Assembly (NCBI GenBank): GCA_030704615.1
Contig: CM060734.1
Span: 39,184,001 to 39,248,000 of the forward strand
Length of the DNA: 64,000 bases
Source: Takakia lepidozioides
Taxonomy: Eukaryota > Plantae > Bryophyta
Reading direction: 5' to 3'
Positions 36,629 through 48,560 of the stretch are shown here, in pieces. Numbering within the stretch: position 1 is the first letter of the stretch; each line of letters begins with the position of its first letter. Under the pieces are notes generated by a model. It saw only the letters and a list, made by a program, of their open reading frames with translations, was not told the DNA's origin and did not search any database. A program made the position numbers and the translations under genes.

Positions 36629-39600
36629 ATGGCAGCGGTGGCGCACGACCTGATGGCCATGGCCGCAGTAGCGGTACCGGCTACTTCTCTGGCTTCTTCT
36701 TCTTCCTCTCACGTCGCTCGTCTGCAGCTGGCTGCCTCATCGCCCTCACTCGGTGAGATTTTGGAGGAAACCGATTGAGCATGCTGTCATACTGTTTGCT
36801 GGACTTGAATAGCGGGGAGGGATGATGATTCAGAGAGATGCAGTCATGTCGGTCGGTTGTAGTTAAGAAACATAGATGTTTTCCTGGATGATACTTCTCC
36901 TTGTAAACTTCCCTTACATCCTTGGTGAAGTTTCCAATTTACCTTGGATATTTGAGGTTTTCCTCTCTATCCCTCTCTCACTCTCTGAAGCTGAAAATCT
37001 CGAGGCTGAGCCTAAAGCCTCTGCTACTGTTGGGGTCAAATTGCTGGGCAGCTCACACACAGCAGATTGATGCTTGTATGAAGGGCTATGTAGATATCTG
37101 GAAAGCAAACTAATTGTTTATATCATGGTAAGTCCCACTACTGGAGTGTGCCCTTCACAAAGGTAGTGTCTGTTCCCTCTTGTTCCACCCAAACTGGGCG
37201 TGGGGTCTATGGCCACAAGACCACAAGACCACAGCAAAGTATGTCTTATGTCTCACTCTCTCCCCCTCTAATGTACTGCTCCCTCGGGAGAAAACGTGAG
37301 ACTGTTCTCACATCTGACCAATTATTGGGAACTGCAGGTGCTGCTAAGTGCAGGCTTTTAGTGAGATCTTCTGCAGTAAGTGATGGTAGCTTCGGTTCTT
37401 CTCCTCAAAAGCGGGAAGTTGCGAAATTTTCCACCAATGCTGTTGCAGTGAGTATACTTACAACTTTATTGCTGCTTCCCCTGGTCTAGTGCTTCTTTCA
37501 TCTTCCTAATTCTAGTGTATATTGAGAGAAATTAAGGTAATTGTAACTTCAGAGTTCTCCATACTCATGCAGGTGCTTTTGCCACAGCTATGGTAGTTTA
37601 CCTTTGATGAGCCAGCGACAGAGCTATAGTGAATTATTGTGTGTAGTCTCTTACAAGATAGTTCCGCTTGGATGAAGATAACTCTGACTAATGAAGATAA
37701 ATAAAGATAGAAATTGCTAGGTTTCAGATCAGGTGTGCTGCCTACAATGGCTTACCATTATGAGTGGATGGGTGATGCAGACAAAGGAGGCAGCTACAAG
37801 TTCTGCATCTGCCAAGACAGGGTAAGTTGATTTTAACTTGACTATTTGTATGTTATGAGTGATAACTTCAGCTTACAATGTTCCTTCTAATGTGTAAGAT
37901 CTTTTTTGGTCCTGGCCACTGTTTGTAAATAGGTCTAATCATCCTCAGGGTAACAAACTTCAAAATGGTGCCACAATCATGAAGTTGCGCATGGGCAGGC
38001 TGAGAAGCTAAAACTTGGTATTTAATGGCAATGCTGAAAAGTACACTTCAAACCTGCTCCTAAAGAAACGTGTGGCCTACTGGAAGGGCGGGTATCGAGT
38101 CAACACCAGCATTCCTCCCAGCCACTACCCAGTCGACAACTTGAGGCCAGCTCATATTACAGATCAGTAACACCCTCCTTTTGGACCTGGGATAAGCAAG
38201 AGTTATGACAGCAAGCCAGGGGTGGGAAGAGAGATAGCAGGAAATTACTGGAGAAGACATCTTTCACAGATTCTGGCTCTGCTGGAGCACAATCTGGTAA
38301 AAGCGGCCGTAGATAACCAGGCTGGAGATACACAAATCAGATAAAGAGACAACCATTAAATCACTGATCTGGTAGCAGCTTAGTTAAACAGAGCTCTAGA
38401 GGACAACTCTGTGGAGTCGGAACTATTGTAGAAAGTCTAAAGAGGGCACAAAGTATGCTCTTTGATTGAAACTTCGACTGGACTCCCAAATAATTCTTTT
38501 AGGTATACATAGAGCATTACGGGTAGACATTGAGATCGACAGTGCTGAGACTATTCTCCACTGTTGGAGGAAAATTGATGGCCATGCTTCCAGTAGAGAG
38601 TAGGGCAGGTAAGTAATGCAAAAAAGTTTTCCACTTCACCAGCCAATTCCTCTGGTTATCTGCAATGTAATCAGCCTTTCCTGAACCAGTAGCCAGACGT
38701 GGTATTTGAAGCCGGAGTCATGTGCATATAAGACTATGAGAGTGCCTTAGTGTTGGTGTACCTTCACTTGGCTGCGTACTGGGAAATTCTCGATGTCACG
38801 GTGATAATCAACCATTCTGTGTGCACGCTTCCTAAACTCTTCCACATCGAACAGTTTGGTGAGCCTTGACCCTGTTCCTCCTTCGCTTCCCCTGTCACAG
38901 TTCAAACTGTCAGTAAGCGTTCGTCCTCTCCTTTGCGTTATGCTGACTCAAATAGAATCAAGGTAATACATTTCGTCTTTACCACCAAATTTTCTTCCAT
39001 TCTGCTCTTACATTGTGACGAAAAACCGTGGCAGCGCCCCAGATTGTGGAGTAGTTAACAACACATGATCTCCTTATGTCTTATCTTGGCAATGAGTAGG
39101 GCATCTTTCGACAGGGGACTTGGATTGGAACTCCTTGCAGTGTGTGCACTAAATTCTACTGACAGGATATTTTCTTGAGATGTTAAGTAGGAGAACCACA
39201 CAAGCACCTGCATTGCCTTCCTCTAAGGGTCAGCTGTTAGAACGTAATTGCAAGGAGTTTTCTGTACATGGGAGGAGTCGCTGATGTGGTTTCATTCTTA
39301 TTCAATTACCCAAATGAGGTAGCTCAGTAGCAGACATGCATGAAACCAGTATTAGGAAAATGAAAAAAGGGAGTTAAAAGGTCTGTGGCTACTGAGACCA
39401 GATTGGCCTAATCAACAACCAAGTTAAGCTTGCCATGGCCCCCATGGTTCTTGTGGCCATGTCAAGCTGAATATCTGGTGGTCATTTTAGTACTCGGCAT
39501 AACATGTGATTGCATTGAAGTCGGAACTTGACATAGTAATTCTTAGGATGTCCAGACTACAAGGCAGGGATGACTGGTAGATACGTGTCATCTCATAGCA

Positions 39601-41908
39601 GGTTTCTGCTACAATCTTGAAGTCTATCTGTGCAGGGCTGTTTGTTGCTCGCTAGTAGAGTCACAATTGTGCCACGTTTTTCTTCTGTTGTTTCCATCCC
39701 TTATCTCACCATTGTAGAATTGCCAGTTCAAAAGGTGTGGGGAGTCCCAACCAAACCCACTGCAACAGGCCTCTAGTATCATTGGATCAGATGTGGTTTG
39801 CAAGACAATTTGGAAGCCACCTGGAGATCACATGGAGAATGAAGTATCTGTAGGTTATTGCATGTCACTCCTTGTTGCTCTGAGGCAGAGGGAGCACAGG
39901 GAGTTACATAAAATGCAGGGTTTTGTTATTTGCAGTTTCTGTCCATATAACCCAGATATAAAAGGCCAGAGTGTGAGTCGTCTTCACCTAGGACAATGAA
40001 GCTGGTGGTCCAGTTTAGGTTCGAGCATAAATCAGATGTTTATGTATACGATTCATTCTGACACCCTGAATCCTATATAAAAGAGTTGTATAACTTTGAG
40101 AGGAAGGCTGAATGGAATATAACAGGTACAAATATGATCAGGGCACCTTTGTGGATACATTTATTTATATTGGATAATTTGTAGATGTTTGGGAACCATA
40201 TCCTTAGCTGGTGTGATCTGTAGGGCACTCTGATGTTCATAACGTCTTGTCGGGTTGTCAGTTGCTTCCTTCAAAATGAAACTCTGGGCTTTGGTCATCA
40301 AACTGTAACAAATATGTGAAGTAACTGAGCAAGAACTGCAACTGGACTTTCTTTTCTGGTCAATCAGCTCAAAGAGTGTGTGGTGATATTCTGCATCAAT
40401 GTGGTTTGGAGGATTGTAGACAAAGCTTGCACAGGATGTTCAAATGTCTAGCTATTATATGATGTGTGATGCAGTGACTTAGAGTGGCTCCCTCTGGACT
40501 ACTTGTCCAGTGTGGCCATCTCTAAGGCATCAGACTTTGGTATATTTGGAAATCGAGATGATTTTTCTTGTTCGAAGCTAAGTGTTCTTACATAAATGAA
40601 GCACTTCATAGGATGTCACCTTTTTACATGGCTGTTCACACTAATTTGGAGTCGGGTTGGATCTCTGCTGAACAGTCATGAGCTGCTTCTGTTTGAGGCC
40701 CTCCGAGAAGGACTGGAGGAGGAGATGGACAGAGATCCCAAAGTATGTGTGATCGGAGAAGATGTTGGTCACTATGGCGGCTCCTACAAGGTCACCAAGG
40801 GCTTTGCTGAGAAGTTCGGGGATTTGAGACTGCTAGACACCCCCATTGCTGAAAACTCTTTCACTGGGATGGCCATTGGTGCTGCCATGACAGGTCTGCG
40901 GCCGGTAATTGAGGGCATGAACATGGGTTTTCTTCTCTTGGCCTACAACCAGATTGCAAACAACTGCGGTATGCTTCATTACACCTCAGGAGGGCAGTTC
41001 ACAATTCCTGTTGTTATCAGGGGTCCCGGAGGAGTGGGCCGGCAGCTGGGTGCAGAACACTCACAGCGTCTCGAATCTTACTTCCAATCAGTTCCAGGGC
41101 TGCAGATGGTGGCTTGTTCCACCCCATACAATGCCAAGGGGTTGATGAAGGCTGCCATCCGCAGTGAGAACCCTGTGATACTGTTCGAGCATGTGCTTTT
41201 GTACAACCTGAAGGAGAGGATTCCAGATGAGGAGTACACATGCTCCCTGGAGGAGGCTGAGCTAGTGCGGCCTGGGGAGGATATCACCATCCTCACCTAC
41301 TCCCGCATGAGATACCATGTGACGCAGGTGTGTCTTCGTTCCTCTTCTTTGTCTTTCACTTTTCAAAATTCCTCGCTTCTCATTTTTTTTAACATTAGTC
41401 TGGAGTGTTTTGGCTAGTCTTCAGCTTTTTACTTCTTGTCAGATGTCTGTATTTTAAAGAGTAAATTCCTATAGTGCTTAACAGGCTGCTTGAATATATT
41501 CATAGGAGATCACTATAGTGGCAGGTGAGGTACTACATTATTGGTGACGAACATATGTGGTCTATTGGATTGTGATGGCAGGCTGCCAAGACTCTGGTGA
41601 ACAAGGGTTATGACCCAGAGATTATTGACATCCGCTCATTGAAGCCATTTGACATGTACACAATTGGCCAGTCAGTCAAGAAAACTCACCGTGTGCTGAT
41701 TGTGGAGGAGTGCATGCGAACTGGAGGCATCGGTGCTAGCCTGCGAGCTGCTATCATGGAGAACTTTTTTGATTACCTTGATGCTCCTATCGGATGTCTT
41801 TCCTCCCAGGATGTACCAACTCCATACTCTGGGCCATTGGAGGAGTTAACAGTGGTTCAACCTCCCCAGATTGTGGCTGCTGTTGAACAGTTGTGCTCAA
41901 GAGAGTAA
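36629..41908 (+). CDS. PDH-E1beta: Plastid pyruvate dehydrogenase E1 beta subunit, 5 exons
   Basis: Exons 36629-36752, 37338-37447, 37781-37821, 40676-41327, 41582-41908. Ser/Ala-rich transit peptide, then [68 protein letters not shown]. Confidence 0.96.
36987..37250 (+). mobile_element. 5'-truncated copy of the (CT)n-tailed LINE family in PDH intron 1, 11-bp TSD
   Basis: Homologous to the reverse complement of 18428-18690. TSD tctcactctct at 36976-36986 and 37251-37261. Confidence 0.85.
38100..38870 (-). pseudogene. Aromatic L-amino-acid (Tyr/Trp) decarboxylase 5' fragment nested antisense in PDH intron 3
   Basis: Exon ~38860-38762 [32 protein letters not shown]|gt and exon 38321-38249 ag|[24 protein letters not shown]|gt match the group II PLP decarboxylase N-terminus (FIAD deleted). 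The rest is missing. Confidence 0.82.
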
Positions 41909-43343
41909 ACATTTTGTTCAAGAGTTGAGAGGAACGGGCATTCAAGGACCAATTGCAGATGAAAACCAAAGAAAGCAAGAGAAGGTTGTTGGAGTGCACG
42001 TGTGAATGTGTAATTTCTGGCAAGCAGAGTGGTGAAGGTACTTGTTTGCGAGGTCCAATGCCCCCTGTAATGGTTTAAGTAGCTTAGCTAACCATTTGTT
42101 TCAATAAGCTGCAAGTGTGGCTTATCCGAGAAAATTTAGCATCATCATTTCTTCCTGGTCGAACCTTGGTTATATCATACAGTATCAGAGTATTGAATGC
42201 CAGCATCATTCCTCCATTTTTTCTAGAAAAGTGCCTTTGATGTAACATGCTGAACTCCCTGTAGCAGGTCAGTTCATCCTAGAATCGCAGTAAGATAGGG
42301 TCAAGTAATTTCATAGCGAAGGTAGCTGTGAAAGACATGATTTAGCTGCAAAAATTGCTACATTTCTCGAGGATTTGCTCTGCTGATTGCATGCCCACTT
42401 CGATTGTGCGACATAGGTTTTTGTCAACTACCTAGAATTGGTGAAAATTTGAGCTTTATATATGCACTCTCCTTTTTCCTTCCCAATTTGTCTGATAGTT
42501 TTATTTGTGCATGCCTGTATTCACCATTGCAGTTGTACTAAAGGTTATTAAGGGCACTCTACCCTTCTTACAAATAGTCATATGGTTTAATTGGTAAGGT
42601 TTGCATTTGCCTCTCATTTGCAAATCAGCTTTCCAATCTGTAAGGAACGTTAGTTCCATTTGAGATGTACCTTCTTCTCCTTGTACATCACTTTGAATGC
42701 TAATCTGCCCTTCACTTATGTTGATTTTCTTCATGCATCACTTCTTCTTTTCTTACCTTTCACTCCCACAAAGCGTGCTTTCTGAGGCTCTGTAGCCATT
42801 ACATTTTAGTATGAGTGGATGACCCATATCCTTGCTGCAAACTTCAAATTCATTAGAAGTCTTAGTTCCATGACTTCCAAGATATGATTTGAATAGATAT
42901 TGGTTGGAACATCGTTTGAGAGGGACTTGCTGTTTACAAGAGTATAGCAAGCATGCAAGATTGGCTTCTGCTGGAACCTATTCGATCTGTGTTCTTGTCA
43001 GCTCGTCAGGATCGTTCGCAAGCTCTAGGTTGATCAATTGTCATGGGTGACAAAAGGAAAGGAGACAGAATGAACAGAAATGGGACCCCCAACCAGCCAT
43101 CACAACCATTAAGCTATTTTTCAACCTCCAGGTTAGACCTTAAGATTCGGTTGTCACCATGGAAAAAGTTGTCGTACTCCAACTTTATCCATGATGAAAG
43201 ATAAAAGCTGACTTTCGAGTACAGTTCAAATTAAAATGGAGCTGTAAGGAAGCTGGATGGAAGTCAAGAACAAAATTGTTGCAAGTTCACTCAAAACACT
43301 GGAATCATACAATAGTTCCAAAACCATGGGGAATAGCAGGTAC

Positions 43344-43930
43344 CCTGAAAAAAGCCGCAGGGAAAAGGCGCAGGAACCGCACTGATCGGTAGGCCAGTTT
43401 GTCCACAAAGGCTGAGGGCGTATAGTGTTTCTTGACGGCTATGGAAACGTTAGGCAAGTACGTTTCCGACGGCTGCAACCATGACCACCTGTCTTATTTC
43501 AGAAGAGGAAAGGGAAAATGAAAGGGTCAGCATATTTGCAAACTGAGGCACCATCGTCATGAAACCAAGGTGATACTCTGTGCTTGCATGGACAATATAG
43601 GGTGCTAATAACACCCAGTAATATTGCTAGAAAGAACGGGAAAAGAGAACTACCATCTGATGGCTGATCCGCTCAGTTTGTTGGTGTATGCGAGAGAGTG
43701 TCAGAGAGATAGAAAGAAACTTTCGACCGGCCAAAGGGGGGCCATGAATAGAACATAAAAACTTCAGAAAGCCTCAAACGGCAGCGGAAAACTAATGAGT
43801 GTCTCATACAGATGGGCTGCCAAGCGTGTCGGGTCCTTAAAACTGGAAGCATCTGTTAAAGACTGGGGGTCCTAACTTAGAGAGAATGGCATCTAGTAAG
43901 AAAGAGTCAAAGAAAGAAACTTTACAACAT

Positions 43931-43968
<38 letters not shown>

Positions 43969-44878
43969 GTAACTGACCCTGAATTCATGCCAGGGCCATG
44001 CGGTACCGTCCTCCCTAAACAGTTTTTGGGAAACAATACCCCAATACGAGGAACGCGCTTCGGACTTAGTACTGGGAGCCTGTCCTTGATCCTCCGCTGT
44101 TCCTTCCGAGCTTTTGGTAGCTACTACATCTTGCGTGTCCAACACAGCCTTAGCAGCCTGTCCGCTCAGCAGCCTTACTGGAGCGATAGAAAATCTGGAT
44201 GAACTCCAAAATCTGTCAACCGTAGAGAACGTCCTGCACAAATGAGAGAGAGAGAGAGAAAGGGATAGAAATGTCAGGGTATCCGGCAACTGTGGCCTTG
44301 GAATTGCATTATACGACGATTGCCTGCTAGGACAGCGAAATCGCAAGAAAGAAAGAAACTTCATAACCTCCACAAACAAAAAACTACAGCACAACGAGAA
44401 TACAGCCTTATCGCCTCATGAAGACGGACCGCCTAGTGCACATGTGTGTGTATGTGTGTGTGTGTGCGTGTGTTTTGAAAGAGACAGCAACAGAGAAATT
44501 TCTACCAGCAGGTGCCAATTAGCTGGCCCATCCATGTTTTATCCTGTAGATGTGCTAGACGCACTTAGGCACTGGCATCAACCTGGATCCTCCCAGTTAA
44601 TCAAACTACCCTTACATGTATATCTACAGTGTTTTCATAGCGGAGAAATGAGGAAGAGGTGGACTGGACCTTGAGTAATCGATGCCTATGGAGAAATTGC
44701 CATGGGCAAGAGACTGGGTCCCTCGAGCAGTCTTCCCTCCTAGTGCAGGTTGAAACAGAACAGCTTCATTATCCGGCGTAACACCATGTCCCTGAAAAAA
44801 GCTTGTTGTGCGGGCCACCGGCCCCACGCTTCTCTGTAAGAACTTCGCAATACCTCTCCCTGTGGGATTCATCGCCAT
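43344..44878 (-). pseudogene. AOX: Mitochondrial alternative oxidase, 3'-truncated (three intact 5' exons, no di-iron domain exons)
   Basis: Exons 44878-44670, 44233-43978 (SYWGI..REDGTAWPWHEFR) and 43472-43344 (129 bp, PSETY..KKHYTP..DKLAYRSVRFLR). No LETVAAVPG/EAENERMH-coding sequence found before the convergent PDH gene. Confidence 0.82.
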
Positions 44879-44955
44879 TCAGGGATCCAGTCCTTCCGTC
44901 GAGTCTCCCCTCCCTCCTCCCTCGCCAACCTCTATCGAATAATTCCTCTGCGCTG

Positions 44956-44986
<31 letters not shown>

Positions 44987-46429
44987 TCAGGAAACCTGCT
45001 GGGCTTTCTTCTCAGTGGGATCCAACAAAGACTACAGGCATTAGCTGCTAGCCGATACTCAAATTGAAGCTCCACAGATACAATTCTTCCTGCTTCTCCG
45101 ATCTCTTGTGAATGGCTTCCGACACCTCTTCACAGCGTGCACACATTTCATCAAAGCATGCATGCACCCCACTCTCATCACTCTCCCACTTGCGCCCTGC
45201 ATGTGGGCTGCGGCCTGGGAATTGAAGCCCACGTGACTGAGCGCCGTCGAGAATTGGACCCCCGCCGCCAGCGTCAGCGCATATGCCCTTCTGCAGGGAA
45301 CAGGTTCCCAAAGGGCCCACCACTGTCACCCAACAGACCCGACAACTGAATTCCTACTTCTTCTTCTTCTTCTTTTTCTTAAACAAGAGGGCCGGGGTGG
45401 ACGCCCGGCTACTAGTCGTCATTTATCGATACTATGTAAGGGGGAAGAAAATTCTAAGTAAAGACGAAACAAAAAACTTTGATCCTTTCTTTTTTCTGTT
45501 TTGGTTTTAGAATAGAAGGGGACTGTCACGCCCAAAATAGATTGAATGATGACGGGAGAATAATCTGTGGGATCAAACGACTCAGGATTAGAGATGTGGT
45601 TTCCTGCTGACTGCCCAGGACTTAGCCGCGGCTCTGCCCCGCCCCAAGAAATCGCTGGATGCTTTCTCTCCTCTGTAAGCATCTCTCAATGCTCTTGTGA
45701 ACGAAGTTTGGCTCTCATTCTTCCGCCCAACTACTCTCTTTCATCTTCCTGTCTCTTCACTCTCTTTGCTAGTGTCCAAATCCATCATTACCAATCTTTC
45801 TTAATCTTTCAACCGAAGGAAGATTGCATGGCTCTTCACTGTGAGCTCTTCCATGCTGAACTCGGACTAGCCATGCTTAACTGTGAGCTCTTCCATGATG
45901 AACTCGATCCACAGGATGTCGGCGTAATGGATGCTCTTATCTTCGTCTCCACAGAACTTCCCGCTCTCCCTTAACTTATTAGCTTTCATCCCTTGTCTCT
46001 TCTTCACCCCTTTCTTTCTTTCACTGTGTTCCCTGTCTTTGTGTGCTGAAGGCTTCCTCTGCGCTGGGTTACGATGGCTTGTTGCAGTTGTCCCTCAGCC
46101 TGGAAGAACCTCCCGTTCTAATCGTAACTACTTACAGATCCCGTAACAGGTCAGCAGAATGTTAAATTCTCCTGAGAATGCTTCCACAGCTCTGAAGTAC
46201 AACTTGTCACGGTCTCGCCAAAGGGTCCACATTTTCCCAGGGTCTGCTGCCTGGGGACATAGGCCACGTGGACTTCCAGGATTGGGCAGCTAATTGCCCC
46301 AGATTTTGAAGTTGTCTTCTGGCGGGAGGAAGGGGTGATAGGTTTGGCATTTTGGTGAAAGTAATTCTCTCTTTTTCATGGCACATATTCACTCCGATGT
46401 ACCCTAGTGGGATAGCCCGTTAGGCAGAA

Positions 46430-48560
46430 ATTAATTCGAAAAAAAAGTGCCTAATCAAAATAAATTATTTTTGACAAGAGCGCCTAATTTTAAGAAATTA
46501 TCTTCAAAGAGTGCCTAATTTTCAAAATTTCTCTAAAAGTGCCTATGGTATAAAAACTTGAATTTAATTTTTTTAATGTAAAATAAAAAAATCTAAAAAT
46601 GATATCCATTTAAAATGATATTCATTTAAACGTCATCCATGGACTCAGTTTTCAATTTTCATCCATGATAGCGGCTGAGTTTTCATTTAAAACGTCATCC
46701 ATGGACTCAGTTTTCAATTTTCATCCATAGCAGCGTCTGTATATTTATATTTTTGTGTTTTCATTTTTTGATCATTATTTTTAGGGTTTACACTAGACAT
46801 AGGATGGGAGTTGAATGCGCGGCTAAGCTTGCCGGTACGATACCCGGAGCTAACCAGAGGCCCCCTGTGGGCCCGCAGTCAAATCCCCACCCCTGCTTCC
46901 CTCGTGTATGCTTCACGCCCAGCCCAAAGTCCCACGCTCCATGTTCCTGCCGTGGCGCTCCCTCGTTCCCGCTCCGCCACTCCCCTGCTCCCCGCCCCTC
47001 CACTCCCTGTTATTGCTCCCCGCTCCTCCGCTCCCATGTTATTGGAGCGGCAAAGCAGTAAAACAAGGGAGCAATAGCACAAGGGAGCCCCGAGTAGTAA
47101 GGGGGAAGCGGTAACAGGGAGCGGCGGAGCAATAACATAGGGGAGCAAGGAGGACAGGGGAGCCCTAACACATGGCCCCACATGGTTATTGCATGCCATG
47201 TGAAATTGGCAGTTGCATGTTCGGCCCACATGCAATCCATGCCCAAGATCAAGCTGGAAACAAGAAATCCTATTGGTCAAGGTCCTCAAATCAGGCCCAA
47301 GTGGTTTACACGAGGTTCCGGGCCCAAGACCAAGAAAATGACATGGCTACCTACATGGCATGAATTATGGCGCCAAACTCTTGGGCCCAGCCCAACAAAA
47401 GGAATGCTCCTGGGATGGAGACCCAATTTTTTCTCTTGGGCCCAAGAAACCTACCATTAGGATATATTTTCTTGAGCCTATCACAGCCGTAGGATTGAAA
47501 CAGTCATAGATGAGGTTGCATGCAGGTATAGACTAGAGACTCTCGCGGCCCACCTCGCGGCAAGCACTTAACGTAGGTTTTGCCCATAGAATCATCAGCC
47601 CTCTTTATCTCTTGACCTCCTCCTTCCATAATGAACACAAACATCAAATTGCTTGTTTATAAGTTGTTGCAATGCCAAAATGGTTGCTTTTGAAGGCCAT
47701 GAAGAGGACCAAGGCCACAAGGAGATTATGCTTTATTGCTTCCATAATGTAGGGATACACAATTTGATGGGAGACAACATGAAGTGTAAAAGACAGAGAA
47801 TGGAAGAAGGGGGAGAGTGACTGATATTGGTGTAGGTTGGGCCTTAGGCTTGGGCCCAATAGGTTTACACAAAGAGGACCCAATTCCTTGAAATTTGTAT
47901 TTTAATCGGTTCATTCAGCCCAATTGTCTAGTCTTGGGCCCAAGCCGTCCTATAAACCGGCCTAAGGAAGGTTCTAAAAATGAGGAGGTTCTAGAGATCT
48001 GGCGAGGTCAGTTGGGCAAGCCATATCCAAAGTGGGAGCCCAGGAAGCCGAGGAAGTGACGGAGGGTGCAGGATCTGAGGGTCGGAGCAGGATCGAAGGA
48101 GGAGGAGAGGGCAGGATCGAAAAAGGGTTGGTGGCAAGGTGGGCAGTGGATGCAAGCGGTAGGTCTCTTGGGGTCCTGTTGCACAACACCTCTTTTTCTC
48201 TTATGTACACCTCTTTTTCTCTTTCTTGAAGTGTACAGGTGGATTGACCCTCATTATAACCTTCTTAGCATGAGGATGTGGCTGGTAGACGACCTATTAA
48301 TATAACGACCAACTGATGAGGTTCTACACCAACTTGTATTATTATAATGTCATGCTCTCCATATTGAAGGCTAAATTTTGTGCTCAAAATTACATCTCCA
48401 ACGCACTTGGTTGTATTCCATTTCGACGCAATATGCCTCTACACCGAATAAGTGCCTACCTAATAATTATTTTTGGGGCCATTTGGTAGTTAGGCACTTT
48501 TGAGAAAAAAAAATTAAATTAGGCATCTTGGATGTGTAATTTTTCAAATTAGGCAACTAA
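46430..48560. mobile_element. Decayed DNA-transposon mosaic with oppositely oriented subterminal gtgcctaa/ttaggcac motifs and internal fold-back/tandem repeats
   Basis: gtgccta-type motifs at 46447-46546 and taggca motifs at 48491-48556; ~61-bp tandem duplication at 46621-46735; imperfect palindrome at ~46970-47150. Confidence 0.5.

Noticed and set aside
45839-45910. 42-bp tandem duplication within ORF 45567-45974
   Set aside because: Only two units in low-complexity intergenic DNA; the ORF has no credible product.
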